Part shown: positions 28,576 to 39,011 of the stretch, piece by piece
Position numbering within the stretch: position 1 is the stretch's first letter
Layout: each line of letters starts with the position of its first letter
Assembly (NCBI GenBank): GCA_038230075.1
Contig: JBBRNV010000001.1
Span: 114,667 to 178,666 of the forward strand
From: Minisyncoccia bacterium
GTDB taxonomy: Bacteria > Patescibacteriota > Minisyncoccia > Phycocordibacterales > CALRBL01
DNA length: 64,000 nt
Reading direction: 5' to 3'
Notes under the pieces: generated by a model
Database searches by the model: none
Told to the model about the DNA's origin: nothing
The model's input: only the letters and a program-made list of their open reading frames with translations
Position numbers and translations under genes: made by a program

Positions 28576-30285
28576 CTACCGATCAGGTGGAATTTGATAA
28601 TAGTTAATCAAAAACTTGGTGAGATCAACGAATGCAGGACCGAGTGATTCTGATGAGTACTGCGCTCCCTTAGGATCAGTAACGTACAGGAGCACTAAAA
28701 ACTTTGAATCGAATGCGGGAAGGTATCCGAAGAAGGTGTGGAGATACTTATCTTCGTAATACCCTTTTCCATTAGGAAGTGCAATTTGAGCTGTTCCTGT
28801 TTTTTCTGCAATAGTGTATCGATCATTTTTTGACTTTCCATTTTGAAAATATTGATCGAAGTCAGTCACAAGCATTCGTGTAATATCTTCTGAGGTTTGC
28901 TGTTTAATAACCTGTTCACCAATTGGATACTGAATGTCTTTGGTATATCCAAGCGAATATCTGATTGATTTAGCAATGTGAGGTGTCACTAAGTATCCAC
29001 CATTTGCAAGTGCTGCGACGGCTCGTGCAGCAGCAACAGGAGTGAAAGCAATTCCCTGTCCGAATGATGCAGTAGCATATTCAATTTCTCGCGGACTATT
29101 TAAGTTATCAATCAACCCCCTCGCTTCATTCGGCAAATCGATGCCGGTTTTTTCACCCAAACCAAACGCTTTAAAATATTTCGCAAGATTTTCTTTTCCA
29201 ATTGCGCGTTCAATATATACGAAACCAGTGTTTAAAGACTGTCCAAGCGCTTGTTGCAATGTAATGGTTCCTCTTCCTTTTTTGTCGAAGTTATAGATAG
29301 TACTTTTTTCAACATTCACATACCCTTTGTCATCATAGGTACTATTTGCAGTTAGCTTTCCTGAATCAATGCCAGCTGCCATAGTGAGAGGTTTAATAAT
29401 CGAACCCATCTCTTTCACCGTCTCAACAACATCATTACTATAAATTGCTGGATTAGTCTGAAGATTTGATTCATTTAAATTAAATGAAGGACGAAGTGAC
29501 ATGGCATATATCTCTCCATTTTTTGGATTCATAATAATTCCTCCGGCATTTTCTGCATTATACTTTTCTTTAACAGCTTGAAGTGTTTCATCGAGATTTG
29601 CCTGAACACTTGGTTCAATGGTGGTCACAATGTCTCCTTCGAGCGAATCGTCACTTGAGATACTTTTTTTAATATTTGAAAACATTTCTGCGAAGTAGTT
29701 TGTAAAACTATTATCGTTCGTTCTTCGAAGTGTTGTTTCGTATGTTCGCTCTACGCCATATCTTCCTTCCAAATTATCTTTATTATATGCAACAAAGCCA
29801 ACTGTTTGTGATGCTAATGCATCACCAGGATAATATCTCCACTTTTCCTTGTAGATAATGACACCAGGAATTTTTGCGTTCACTACTGGTGTAATTTCAC
29901 TTTCATCTATTCGCTTAGTAATTTCTTCATATGAATCACCTTTCTTACTTGCCTTTGCCACAAATTGAACACAATCAAGTTCGAGTACGCTTTTTTTAAT
30001 TGTTGCACATACTTTTTCAGGATCAACTATTTTTGTTGGAGTAATGGCAATTGAATATCCTGTTTTTAATGTTGCAGCAGAAACTTCGTTTCCATCTTTG
30101 TCGGTAAAATAAATAGAGCCACGATCAAACACGGCTTGGCTTGTGTGAACATATTGTCTGTCCCCTTTCTCTTTCAACTCTGATCCGTGAACAATCTGAA
30201 GAATATATAATTTAGAAATAAGAATAAGAGCAACGAAGGCAATGACTCCAGAAATCAACCTAATACGGAAACGAACATCTTTCAT
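28576..30285 (-). CDS. ftsI: Peptidoglycan D,D-transpeptidase (class B PBP, FtsI/PBP2-like)
   Basis: N-terminal TM, then SxxK (SIIKP), SxN (QSLNTGF) and KTG (KTGTA) motifs. Downstream of ftsL and rsmH. Confidence 0.9.
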   Translation of the reverse strand: MKDVRFRIRLISGVIAFVALILISKLYILQIVHGSELKEKGDRQYVHTSQAVFDRGSIYFTDKDGNEVSAATLKTGYSIAITPTKIVDPEKVCATIKKSVLELDCVQFVAKASKKGDSYEEITKRIDESEITPVVNAKIPGVIIYKEKWRYYPGDALASQTVGFVAYNKDNLEGRYGVERTYETTLRRTNDNSFTNYFAEMFSNIKKSISSDDSLEGDIVTTIEPSVQANLDETLQAVKEKYNAENAGGIIMNPKNGEIYAMSLRPSFNLNESNLQTNPAIYSNDVVETVKEMGSIIKPLTMAAGIDSGKLTANSTYDDKGYVNVEKSTIYNFDKKGRGTITLQQALGQSLNTGFVYIERAIGKENLAKYFKAFGLGEKTGIDLPNEARGLIDNLNSPREIEYATASFGQGIAFTPVAAARAVAALANGGYLVTPHIAKSIRYSLGYTKDIQYPIGEQVIKQQTSEDITRMLVTDFDQYFQNGKSKNDRYTIAEKTGTAQIALPNGKGYYEDKYLHTFFGYLPAFDSKFLVLLYVTDPKGAQYSSESLGPAFVDLTKFLINYYQIPPDR

Positions 30286-30289
30286 GCCT

Positions 30290-30625
30290 TTATTCTACCC
30301 GAGAAGCGACGAGAGAACTATCTGCGCGACCAAGTGTTGTTCGGTTAACGAACGAAGTATTTTGTGCAGTCAACTCTTTAAATCCCATCTTACGTGCATC
30401 AGCAATATTAACTGCTTGTTTTTTACTCATGTATTCTGATTCTAATTTTCCAATATCACTATGTAAATCAGCGAGCTTATTTTCAAGTGTTTGTCGTGAA
30501 GCGACATTCCAAACAGTTTGATTAACGAAGTACACATATACCGAAACCAACATGGCAAGAACGCCTAAAAGGCTAAAAAAGATCATGCCGCTATATTTTG
30601 TGTTTTTATATAAAATTTTCTTCAT
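30290..30625 (-). CDS. ftsL: FtsL-like cell-division protein
   Basis: 111 aa, single TM plus coiled-coil, in the canonical slot between rsmH and ftsI. Confidence 0.55.
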   Translation of the reverse strand: MKKILYKNTKYSGMIFFSLLGVLAMLVSVYVYFVNQTVWNVASRQTLENKLADLHSDIGKLESEYMSKKQAVNIADARKMGFKELTAQNTSFVNRTTLGRADSSLVASRVE

Positions 30626-30634
30626 TGTATTCGT

Positions 30635-31546
30635 TTATCGCTTACTGATTACTCGCAATTTCGCGCTCCGTGACCGGGGGTTTCTTTGCACCTCTTCATC
30701 TGTTGGAATGAGAGGCTTTTTTGTGACGATATCCGCTTTTCCTTCATCACTCCATTTTTTAAATGTTTGCTTAACAATTCTGTCTTCTAAACTATGAAAT
30801 GATATGACAGCGATTCTTCCTTCAGGCCGTAATGCAACGAAGGCTTTTTCTAAACCTTGTGACACCGCCTGTAGCTCATCATTAACCGCAATGCGAAGTG
30901 CTTGGAACGTTTTAGTTGCAGGATGAATCTTTCGCATCCACGAAGGCATTTTGCCAACAGTGTTTTCAATGATGCGAACCAAGTCTCCTGTTGTTTCAAG
31001 TGGTTGAGCATATCGCGCCTCAACTATTGCTTTTGCAATCTTTCGAGCCTTTGTTTCTTCACCATATCCGTAAATAACATTTGCAATACTTTCTTCGCTC
31101 CATGTATTTAAAATATCTTTTGCAGTAAAACCTGTACCTTTCTTTTCACCGAAGGTCATAAGAAGCGGTTCGTCTTTTTGAAAACTAAACCCTCTTCCTG
31201 ATGCTTCAAGTTGAAATGATGAGAAACCAAGATCAAGAATCATTCCTCCGATGTGTTCAATTCCTAATTCAGCAAGAACAACATCAAGATTTCTATATGA
31301 ATCATGAACAAGGGTGAAGTGACCAACAACTTTTGATAGTCTATCGGTTGTTTTATTAATGGCATGTTCGTCCCAATCTAATCCGATGATTCGAATTGAT
31401 GTGCCGAACTTTTTTGCGAGCGCTTCAGTGTGACCTCCACCTCCAAGCGTACCATCAATAACAACATCTCCTGGTTTCAAGATGAGTGAATCGACTGTCT
31501 CTTGTAAAAGAACTGAAACGTGTGATGCATTCTCGTATGGATTCAT
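30635..31546 (-). CDS. rsmH: 16S rRNA (cytosine1402-N4)-methyltransferase
   Basis: LDGTLGGGGH SAM-binding motif, 303 aa, follows mraZ. Confidence 0.9.
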   Translation of the reverse strand: MNPYENASHVSVLLQETVDSLILKPGDVVIDGTLGGGGHTEALAKKFGTSIRIIGLDWDEHAINKTTDRLSKVVGHFTLVHDSYRNLDVVLAELGIEHIGGMILDLGFSSFQLEASGRGFSFQKDEPLLMTFGEKKGTGFTAKDILNTWSEESIANVIYGYGEETKARKIAKAIVEARYAQPLETTGDLVRIIENTVGKMPSWMRKIHPATKTFQALRIAVNDELQAVSQGLEKAFVALRPEGRIAVISFHSLEDRIVKQTFKKWSDEGKADIVTKKPLIPTDEEVQRNPRSRSAKLRVISKR

Positions 31547-31550
31547 ATAA

Positions 31551-31985
31551 TTAGAGCGCGCCGATTTCTCCTAACTTTTCGGCTAATTCATCGGCGTGTT
31601 CCATAACAGACTTTTTGTATGTAGCCCAACGTTCTTCATTCCATAATTCCACTCGATTGTGAACACCAGCAAATACAACTTTCTGACCAAGTGAAGCAAA
31701 TTCTTTTAAAAAATCAGGAATCAAGATACGACCTGCGCTATCTACATCAATTTCAGCGGCACCTGCGAGCATGAATCTATTGAATCCTCGGGTGTTTGCC
31801 TGACCAATTGAGAGATTGCCTAACTTCTCAGATATTTTTTGCCATTCTTTTAGTGGGTACAAGAATAAACAATTATCCAAGCCGTGAGTGATCACCACTT
31901 TCTTCCCTACCTCTTTTCGAAACTTAATCGGCAAAGAGATACGTTTCTTTTCATCTTGGCTGTGTGTGTATTCACCTATTAACAT
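31551..31985 (-). CDS. mraZ: Transcriptional regulator MraZ
   Basis: 144 aa with the duplicated MraZ fold pattern (MLIGEYTHSQDEKKRISLP...; second half GRILIP). First gene of the minus-strand dcw-like cluster. Confidence 0.85.
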   Translation of the reverse strand: MLIGEYTHSQDEKKRISLPIKFRKEVGKKVVITHGLDNCLFLYPLKEWQKISEKLGNLSIGQANTRGFNRFMLAGAAEIDVDSAGRILIPDFLKEFASLGQKVVFAGVHNRVELWNEERWATYKKSVMEHADELAEKLGEIGAL

Positions 31986-32070
31986 ATTTCATTCTGACCG
32001 GGCTAACGATATCGCTAACGTGAGCCATTTTTAATTATTCCAACACCAACTTTCTTACGTTTTTCTATTT

Positions 32071-32086
32071 ACCACTCTTTCCCACT
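32071..32086 (-). promoter_or_regulatory. Candidate MraZ operator (GTGGG-N5-GTGGT direct repeat) upstream of mraZ
   Basis: The minus strand reads aaGTGGGaaagaGTGGTaaa about 85 nt upstream of the mraZ start. MraZ proteins are known to bind spaced GTGG repeats in their own promoter. Confidence 0.3.
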
Positions 32087-32314
32087 TGAAGACACTATAT
32101 AACAGTACTTACTACCCAACAACATACTTATCCACAAAAATTCACCAATTGTGCACAAGGACACGATTTGAGGAAAGTGAAAGTGAACGATCGTACATAG
32201 AAAAAAACAGCAGATATGTAGTTTGAGGTGAATTCGCAGGCTTTTGTTCCGCAAAGAACAAAGACCGAGGACTTAATGACAAACTACATATCTGCTGTTT
32301 TTTGTGATCTCAGA

Positions 32315-33781
32315 CTATCGTGGGCGCATTGTTGGGAAGAAAATCACTTCCTTAATATTCTTTGTATTTGTAAGAAGCATGACCAGTCTATCGATTCCGA
32401 TACCAACTCCTCCCGCAGGTGGCATACCGTGTTCCATTGCTTCAATAAAATCTTCATCTAAACTTTGTGCGTCTTTCTCGCCCTCAGCCTTACTCTTCTC
32501 CTGTTCCTCAAATCGAGATCGTTGATCAATAGGATCATTCAACTCTGAAAAAGCCTTAACGAGTTCAACTCCTGCAATTACAAGTTGAAATGCTTCAACG
32601 AATTGTGGTGCTGATTTTTTTCGTTTCGCCAAAGGAAGATATTCTGCGGGATAATCGATAATGAAGGTTGGTTGAATCAGTGCCGGTCGTGCTGATTTTT
32701 TATACAAATTATCAAGCATTTTTGCACGTGAGTCTCCTTTATCTACCGTTATTCCATATTCATGGCACTTTTCAGTAAGATCAGCGAGTGAGATAGTTTC
32801 TGGATCAGATATTCCTGCAAATTTATTGAGAAGACTGAAATATGAAACAACACTAAATTCTTTTGAGAAATCAACACTGTTTTCTCCAAGTTCGAGAACT
32901 TCAGTCTTTAGAACATCTTTAACGATTCTTCGAATCATTTGCTCAGTAAATTTCATTTGTTTATCGGCATCGCTATATGCCTCGTAGAATTCGAGCATGG
33001 TAAATTCTGGATTATGTGTCATATCAATTCCTTCATTTCTAAAATCTCGAGCGATTTCATATACTTTTGGAAAACCAGCTACGAGCATTCTCTTGAGATA
33101 TAACTCATCAGAAATTCGAAGATATAAACGCATATCGAGTGCGTTGTGATGTGTTACAAAAGGTTCAGCTGAAGCTCCTCCATATAAAGGTTGTAGAGCA
33201 GGAGTTTCAACTTCTAAATACCCTGCTCCGTCGAGAATAGTTCTAATTAGTGTAACTATTTTTGATCGAACAATGAAGCGTTCTCGAACTTCATCTGCCA
33301 TGAGTGCATCAAGATATCGTTTTCGGAATCGTTCTTCAACATCTTGTAGGCCGTGCCATTTTTCAGGAAGTGGAAGTAAGCTCTTTGAGAGCATGTTCCA
33401 TGTTTGAACTTGAACAGTCTGCTGACCTCGTTTTGTAGTAAACAATGTTCCAGTTACTTCGACAAAATCTCCAATGTCGACAGTGTCATTAAACAAGTCG
33501 AACATTCCTTCAACTGATTCATCTTTTTTAAGGAGTGATTGAAAGCGAGCAGTTCCATCGAAAAGATCAAAGAAGATTAATCCTCCTTGTGCACGAAATG
33601 ACATAACTCGCCCCCCAACAGTTACTGATGTTTGAGCTGCTGACCATGTATCGAAATTCTTCTGAGTGTCGAGAAGTGAATGTTCAATGTGAGATGTTGC
33701 AGGATATGCATCAACTCCTTTTTCTTTTAAAAGGCTCAGTTTTGCAAGCCGTGATTGTCGTTGTTCTTCAAGAGATGCCAT
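32315..33781 (-). CDS. lysS: Lysyl-tRNA synthetase (class II)
   Basis: N-terminal OB anticodon-binding domain and class II motifs 1-3. 488 aa. Confidence 0.95.
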   Translation of the reverse strand: MASLEEQRQSRLAKLSLLKEKGVDAYPATSHIEHSLLDTQKNFDTWSAAQTSVTVGGRVMSFRAQGGLIFFDLFDGTARFQSLLKKDESVEGMFDLFNDTVDIGDFVEVTGTLFTTKRGQQTVQVQTWNMLSKSLLPLPEKWHGLQDVEERFRKRYLDALMADEVRERFIVRSKIVTLIRTILDGAGYLEVETPALQPLYGGASAEPFVTHHNALDMRLYLRISDELYLKRMLVAGFPKVYEIARDFRNEGIDMTHNPEFTMLEFYEAYSDADKQMKFTEQMIRRIVKDVLKTEVLELGENSVDFSKEFSVVSYFSLLNKFAGISDPETISLADLTEKCHEYGITVDKGDSRAKMLDNLYKKSARPALIQPTFIIDYPAEYLPLAKRKKSAPQFVEAFQLVIAGVELVKAFSELNDPIDQRSRFEEQEKSKAEGEKDAQSLDEDFIEAMEHGMPPAGGVGIGIDRLVMLLTNTKNIKEVIFFPTMRPR

Positions 33782-33816
33782 ATATGATTTCTATAAATTA
33801 ATGTCTCTATTATAAC

Positions 33817-33847
33817 AGAAAACAACGATTGTGAATCGTTGTTTTCT
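33817..33847 (-). terminator. 14-bp hairpin (agaaaacaacgatt gtg aatcgttgttttct) 3' of greA
   Basis: Read directly; lies between the greA stop and the lysS start. Confidence 0.55.
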
Positions 33848-33876
33848 AAAGCATTCGTCAGTCTTTTAGTGTCTTT

Positions 33877-34344
33877 TTATGCAATATCAACAACGGAGTA
33901 TGAGACTTCTCCTTTTGGAGCTTTGAAACTAAACTTATCACCCTTCTTCTTTCCCATCATTGATTCTCCGAGTGGAGATTTAAATGAAAGTTTTTCTGTG
34001 GCCATGTCTGCTTCTTCAGCACCTACAATTTTAAAAGTTTGCTTTGTTTTTTCTCCCACCTTCTGAACAGTTACTGTTGAACCGATATCAACTAGTGTGC
34101 TGTGGTGATGAGTAATAATTTCTGCCTGTTTAAGAATTGATTCAATTTTTGCGATTCGATCTTCAACCTCAGCTTGTTCTTCTCGAGCTTCATGGTATTC
34201 AGCATTTTCTGAAAGATCACCCAAAGATTTAGCAAACTCAAGTTTGTCTGCAACTTCTTTACGACGACTCGAAATAAGAGCGTCATGCTCTTTTACTAGT
34301 TGGTCATATTTTTCTTTTGTTAAATATTCCCTGTCGTTGTTCAT
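33877..34344 (-). CDS. greA: Transcription elongation factor GreA
   Basis: N-terminal coiled-coil (YLTKEKYDQLVKE...) and C-terminal FKBP-like domain. 155 aa. Confidence 0.9.
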   Translation of the reverse strand: MNNDREYLTKEKYDQLVKEHDALISSRRKEVADKLEFAKSLGDLSENAEYHEAREEQAEVEDRIAKIESILKQAEIITHHHSTLVDIGSTVTVQKVGEKTKQTFKIVGAEEADMATEKLSFKSPLGESMMGKKKGDKFSFKAPKGEVSYSVVDIA

Positions 34345-34475
34345 TTCTGTGAGATTAGTTAATAAAAATACCTAGCATTCCAGCTGGGCTGTTAAAAGCA
34401 AGATATATAATATACGGGCTGATTCTACTTCTTTTACTATCAAAGTCAATTTCGGAATATATGAAAAAGTGTGGT

Positions 34476-35771
34476 CTAATGCGGAGGACTATCAACATAC
34501 TGCACATTCTTTTTGATGTAATCGAGAAGTGCCGCAATATCATGATCTCTGTCATCACTTTTTAAAATAACGAGAGCAAATGTTTTTGTGATCAATTTTG
34601 GAGCAACAGCAACTTTTTTTGGAAGAGTCGAAGATGAAGATGTTGCTATTGTTGAAGATGCTTCGAGTAGAATTTCAGGAATTTGAACATCAAACAATGA
34701 TACAGTTGTTTTTTTTGCTTCATCAATAAAACCATTCTTCCCTCCTTTGAAGTTGGAGTACGTAAGTGAGTGATTTTGGTTTTTCCATGCATGTTTAAAA
34801 ATAGTGTATTCTCGAACTCGTGTTATGTCCCAAATCTCAGGGTGATTCTTTTTTACATATTGTCCTAATCTAAATAGATCAGTTACAGTGCTTACATTAT
34901 TTGGAGAAAGCCCACTTGGGTCTTCATAGAAAGTACTTGCCATACCAATTTCTGCTGCTTTTAGATTCATGAGATTCATAAAATCTTGATGACCATAATC
35001 ATATGCCAACACCTCTGCTCCTTTATTACTTGATTCAATTAATAATGGATACATTAAATCTCCTGTTAGTATTTGTTCACCTGGATTTAGTTCTCCTTCA
35101 TTTCCAAATGTTGCATACGCTTCTTTGGTGACCACTGCTTCATGTTGAAGATCAATGTTTTCTTTGGTCACTACCGCGGTCATTAATTTACTGACCGATG
35201 CCATCGGAGAAACGAGAGTTTCATTTTTTGAGATAACCACTTCTCCTGTATTTATATCTCCAATTAAATATGCAGGACTAAACATTTGGAGAGATTTTTT
35301 TGTATCTATCAATTCGTAATGAGTATTGTCTTTGGTTACGGGATAATCGGTTGTAACAACATCGTCGTCTGATCCTAATCCATTTGTTACTCCTGAATTT
35401 CGAGGAAGTAGCGTAAAGCTAGTTGATGTTGCTTGAATTGCCAAATTGGTTTCAGGATTATTTCTATGAATATATCCACCAACAATTGCAACAGTTTTTT
35501 GAAGACCTTCAGTTGCTGCCCCCCCAATAATAACAGCGAATAATACCCAAATAAGAACTCCTAATCGTTTAGTTTCGCTTTGAACAGGAATGACCACCTT
35601 CTTCACATATTTTTCAATTCGTTTTTGTTCTATCTTTTCCTTAATCAATTCTTGATCTTTTGTGTGCGGACCAAGACTTCCATAGAATGTCCGTTGTTTG
35701 TTTACATCAAGAATACTTAAATCTTCTTCAAGATTTGGCATGTCGTGATCGTGTATTGTTTCGTCATTCAT
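34476..35771 (-). CDS. Membrane-anchored serine-type D-Ala-D-Ala carboxypeptidase (peptidase S11), second copy
   Basis: N-terminal TM, then SxxK (SVSKLMTAVV), SxN (SSNKGAEVLA) and KTG-like (KGGKNGF) motifs. Confidence 0.8.
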   Translation of the reverse strand: MNDETIHDHDMPNLEEDLSILDVNKQRTFYGSLGPHTKDQELIKEKIEQKRIEKYVKKVVIPVQSETKRLGVLIWVLFAVIIGGAATEGLQKTVAIVGGYIHRNNPETNLAIQATSTSFTLLPRNSGVTNGLGSDDDVVTTDYPVTKDNTHYELIDTKKSLQMFSPAYLIGDINTGEVVISKNETLVSPMASVSKLMTAVVTKENIDLQHEAVVTKEAYATFGNEGELNPGEQILTGDLMYPLLIESSNKGAEVLAYDYGHQDFMNLMNLKAAEIGMASTFYEDPSGLSPNNVSTVTDLFRLGQYVKKNHPEIWDITRVREYTIFKHAWKNQNHSLTYSNFKGGKNGFIDEAKKTTVSLFDVQIPEILLEASSTIATSSSSTLPKKVAVAPKLITKTFALVILKSDDRDHDIAALLDYIKKNVQYVDSPPH

Positions 35772-35774
35772 ATA

Positions 35775-36668
35775 TTAATGTGTTGTCGAAGCAGTTGAAG
35801 TTGATGTGATGCTCGTTGTGGTTCCTCGTGGGAGATAAAAAATCTTATTACCATATCTCGCATCAATATAGTATGCACTTCGAACTTCTGATTGAGATAA
35901 GATCATTTTAATATTTTCAAGCGTTTTATCATAGGGGCGTTGATCTGAAAATTTGAGACTTTCATTATTATCAAAAAAGAGTTCATATTCACCAATTGAA
36001 GGAGACACTAATCGAACGGGTTTAATTCCATAATTTCTTGTGTAATCACCGACGTCTTTAATAAATGTCGTTAAATCATGATACGCCTGTGGTAAAACAT
36101 AGTGCTGTCTTATTGCATCTCCATCTTTTAAAGATCCTTCGAAAATTAGAAATGTTGAGCTGATACCACTATCACTTTCAGAAGTGAGGCTCGAGGTTCC
36201 AAAAACATATCCATCTTTATCCATAACAAAACACGACTCAGGACTCTCTAGAACACCCTCACACCACAATGCCGTCGCTCTTCGTTCATTAACAAAAGCT
36301 CGAATTGAAGGATGTTCAGAAAAACTCCACACCGAATTAATGGCGACTGATTCTATTTCAGGAAATTGATTAAGTAACTCTCCTTGAACTCGAGCATGAG
36401 ATGAAAAAACAATATTATTGGTTGATATAAAATGTAGAATTTTATATTTTAATGTTGTATTGATCGATGAAACAACTTCATCTTTCGAAACAAGATTGGT
36501 TCCTTCTACTTGTATATCACCGTAGGCAAGTCGCTCGGTAATAAAATAATATATTCCAAAAAGCACAGATAGAAGAAATATCAAAAGAAGAGTGATTCGA
36601 ATAATTCGGCTTCTTCTTCGCTGTCTTTGACGATCGCGAATTGTTAATGGCTTTTTCAGTCCCCTCAT
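35775..36668 (-). CDS. ftsQ: FtsQ/DivIB-like cell-division protein (POTRA)
   Basis: Arg-rich cytoplasmic N-terminus, single TM, then an I.V.G...VS..EV pattern typical of the FtsQ POTRA domain. It is not adjacent to the other fts genes. Confidence 0.5.
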   Translation of the reverse strand: MRGLKKPLTIRDRQRQRRRSRIIRITLLLIFLLSVLFGIYYFITERLAYGDIQVEGTNLVSKDEVVSSINTTLKYKILHFISTNNIVFSSHARVQGELLNQFPEIESVAINSVWSFSEHPSIRAFVNERRATALWCEGVLESPESCFVMDKDGYVFGTSSLTSESDSGISSTFLIFEGSLKDGDAIRQHYVLPQAYHDLTTFIKDVGDYTRNYGIKPVRLVSPSIGEYELFFDNNESLKFSDQRPYDKTLENIKMILSQSEVRSAYYIDARYGNKIFYLPRGTTTSITSTSTASTTH

Positions 36669-37930
36669 TTAATGTGTGTTCTGCCACCCATATATGGTCG
36701 AAGAACTTCTGGAATAAGAATTGATCCGTCTGCTTGCTGGTAGTTTTCAACAATCGATACCAACACTCGTGGGGTGGCAATTGCAGTGTTGTTCAGTGAA
36801 TGCACAAATTTCATCTTTCCATCATCATCTCGATATCGAATATTTAATCGTCGTGTCTGAAAATCATGAAAATATGAAGCTGAATGAGTTTCTCTATATG
36901 TTCCTTCAGATGGAACCCACGCCTCGATATCGTATTTCTTTACTTGTCCGAGCCCAAGATCTCCTCCACAAATTAAAAGAAGTCTATGCGGTAAATTAAG
37001 TGCCTGCATTAATTCTTCTGCATTTGCTGTTACTTCTTCATGAAATGTAACAGATGTTTGATGGTTGGCTTCGCATAAAATAACTTGTTCAAGTTTAAAA
37101 AATTCATGCACTCGAATAAGACCTTTCGTATCTTTTCCATGACTTCCCGCTTCTCTTCGAAAACAAGGTGAGAAAGAAATAAACTTTAAAGGAAGGTCTT
37201 CTTTTTTAATAACTTCATCTGAATAATATGACATTGTTGCAACCTCTCCGGTTCCTGCTAAATAATCACCGTCTTGAGTTTTATACAAATCTTCTTCACC
37301 TTGAGGAATATAACCACTTCCAACCAATGTCTCTCGCCGAACAAGTGATGGGACAATCATCGGCTGAAAGTTTTTCTTAACCAATGAATCAAGAACAAAC
37401 TGCCACACTGCAAAGTTAAGAAGTGCTCCGTCGTTTTTAAGAAAATAGCCTCGAAAACCTGAAACTTTTGTTCCTCGTTCAAGATCGATCATGTTGAGTT
37501 TGGTCATCAAATCAACATGACTCTTTGGAACGAAATCAAATTTTGTTGGTTTTCCCCACACTTTGTATTCTTGATTTTCTTTTTCAGTGGCTCCTTCAGG
37601 AACTGACATGTCGGGAACATTAGGAACCGCAACCATCAATTTTTGCCACTCTTTCATAATTTCTCGAAGTTCATCTTCTTCTTTCTGAAGATGTTCTTTA
37701 ACAATTCGCATCGAGTCAATCAGTTCTTGTCGCTTCTCACCTTGAGGTGTATTAACGATCATGTCACCGACTGCATTTTGTTCTGCTTTTTTTGCTTCAA
37801 CCTGTGTCAGTTTTTCTCGCCGTTTATCGTCGAGTGCAATTAAGGCGTCAACATCAAATTCAATATGCTTTTTTCGAGCACCTTCTTTCACCACCTCTTT
37901 ATTTTCGCGAATAAATTTTATATCGAGCAT
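36665..37930 (-). CDS. serS: Seryl-tRNA synthetase
   Basis: N-terminal coiled-coil arm plus class II core. 421 aa. Confidence 0.95.
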   Translation of the reverse strand: MLDIKFIRENKEVVKEGARKKHIEFDVDALIALDDKRREKLTQVEAKKAEQNAVGDMIVNTPQGEKRQELIDSMRIVKEHLQKEEDELREIMKEWQKLMVAVPNVPDMSVPEGATEKENQEYKVWGKPTKFDFVPKSHVDLMTKLNMIDLERGTKVSGFRGYFLKNDGALLNFAVWQFVLDSLVKKNFQPMIVPSLVRRETLVGSGYIPQGEEDLYKTQDGDYLAGTGEVATMSYYSDEVIKKEDLPLKFISFSPCFRREAGSHGKDTKGLIRVHEFFKLEQVILCEANHQTSVTFHEEVTANAEELMQALNLPHRLLLICGGDLGLGQVKKYDIEAWVPSEGTYRETHSASYFHDFQTRRLNIRYRDDDGKMKFVHSLNNTAIATPRVLVSIVENYQQADGSILIPEVLRPYMGGRTHIK

Positions 37931-38039
37931 ATAGTTTCTTCAGTTTTATTTTAGTTTCACTTTCTATACTAACGTAACTTCAATATATCCATACTATCAG
38001 GAAAAAGAAGGCCTAACAATATGCCAATAATTTAGATTT

Positions 38040-38927
38040 ATGAACATTTCAACCATCACACACAACCTGTTTCCTCCCCTTTTACAAGAAATATATGATC
38101 CTCCGGAAGATTTATCGATCCGTGGGGTCGATTTCTGGAATTCACCCAAATATGAAAACACCACATTTCTTACCGTTGTTGGCACTCGTCACGCAACAAC
38201 ATATGGAAAAGAAGTTGTAAATAAACTAGTGAGCGATTTGCAAGGTCTCGATATTTGCCTCGTTTCAGGATTAGCCTATGGCATTGATACAGAAGTTCAT
38301 AAAGCTGCTTTAGAATATAATCTCAAAACAATTGCAGTGCTAGGTTCTGGTCTACATGATTCAGTGTTGTATCCAAAAGTGAATGTGAGGTTGGCACATG
38401 CAATTATTGAGTCGGGTGGCGCACTAATTTCTGAAAGTGACACCTACTTTCAGGCACAAACGTGGTCTTTTCCAAAACGAAACAGAATTATGGCAGGAAT
38501 GTCAGAAGCCACCCTGGTTATTGAAGCATCACTTGAAAGTGGAACGTTGGTCACTGCACATTTAGCACTCGATTATAATAGAGAGGTCTTAGCCGTTCCC
38601 GGATCAATCTTTTCATCACAAAGTAAAGGTGTTCATTATTTACTCAAAGAAGGAGCAACATGTATTGAACATTCAAAAGATCTTCTGTATGCACTTGGCT
38701 TTAGTGAAGAAGAATCTACGGAGCAAAAACTTGAAACCAGCGTCGCCAACCTATCTCGTGAAGAGCAATTAATGCTTGAAGAAATAAACGACGGAATTTC
38801 AAAAGAAGCCTTGATTCAAAAACTTTCCACAACTCAAAGTATTTCACAAGTTGTGGTTTGTATTTCAAAATTAGAGATAGAAAATATCATTAAGGAAGAA
38901 GGAGGATATATACGAAAAGTACACTAA
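38040..38927 (+). CDS. dprA: DNA-processing protein DprA/Smf
   Basis: Rossmann-like DprA core (GTRHATTYGKEV...GLAYGIDTEVHKAAL...). 295 aa. Confidence 0.85.
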   Translation: MNISTITHNLFPPLLQEIYDPPEDLSIRGVDFWNSPKYENTTFLTVVGTRHATTYGKEVVNKLVSDLQGLDICLVSGLAYGIDTEVHKAALEYNLKTIAVLGSGLHDSVLYPKVNVRLAHAIIESGGALISESDTYFQAQTWSFPKRNRIMAGMSEATLVIEASLESGTLVTAHLALDYNREVLAVPGSIFSSQSKGVHYLLKEGATCIEHSKDLLYALGFSEEESTEQKLETSVANLSREEQLMLEEINDGISKEALIQKLSTTQSISQVVVCISKLEIENIIKEEGGYIRKVH

Positions 38928-39011
38928 TTATTTTTTATGTTTTTATTGCGTTGTTTGTAAAAAGAAAGGAAATCGTGTAATACTGCAAAGAACAAGCAAT
39001 AAAAACAACTC

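Noticed and set aside
36517-36780. 87-aa ORF spanning the ftsQ-like/serS junction
   Set aside because: Overlaps the ends of two real genes in another frame.
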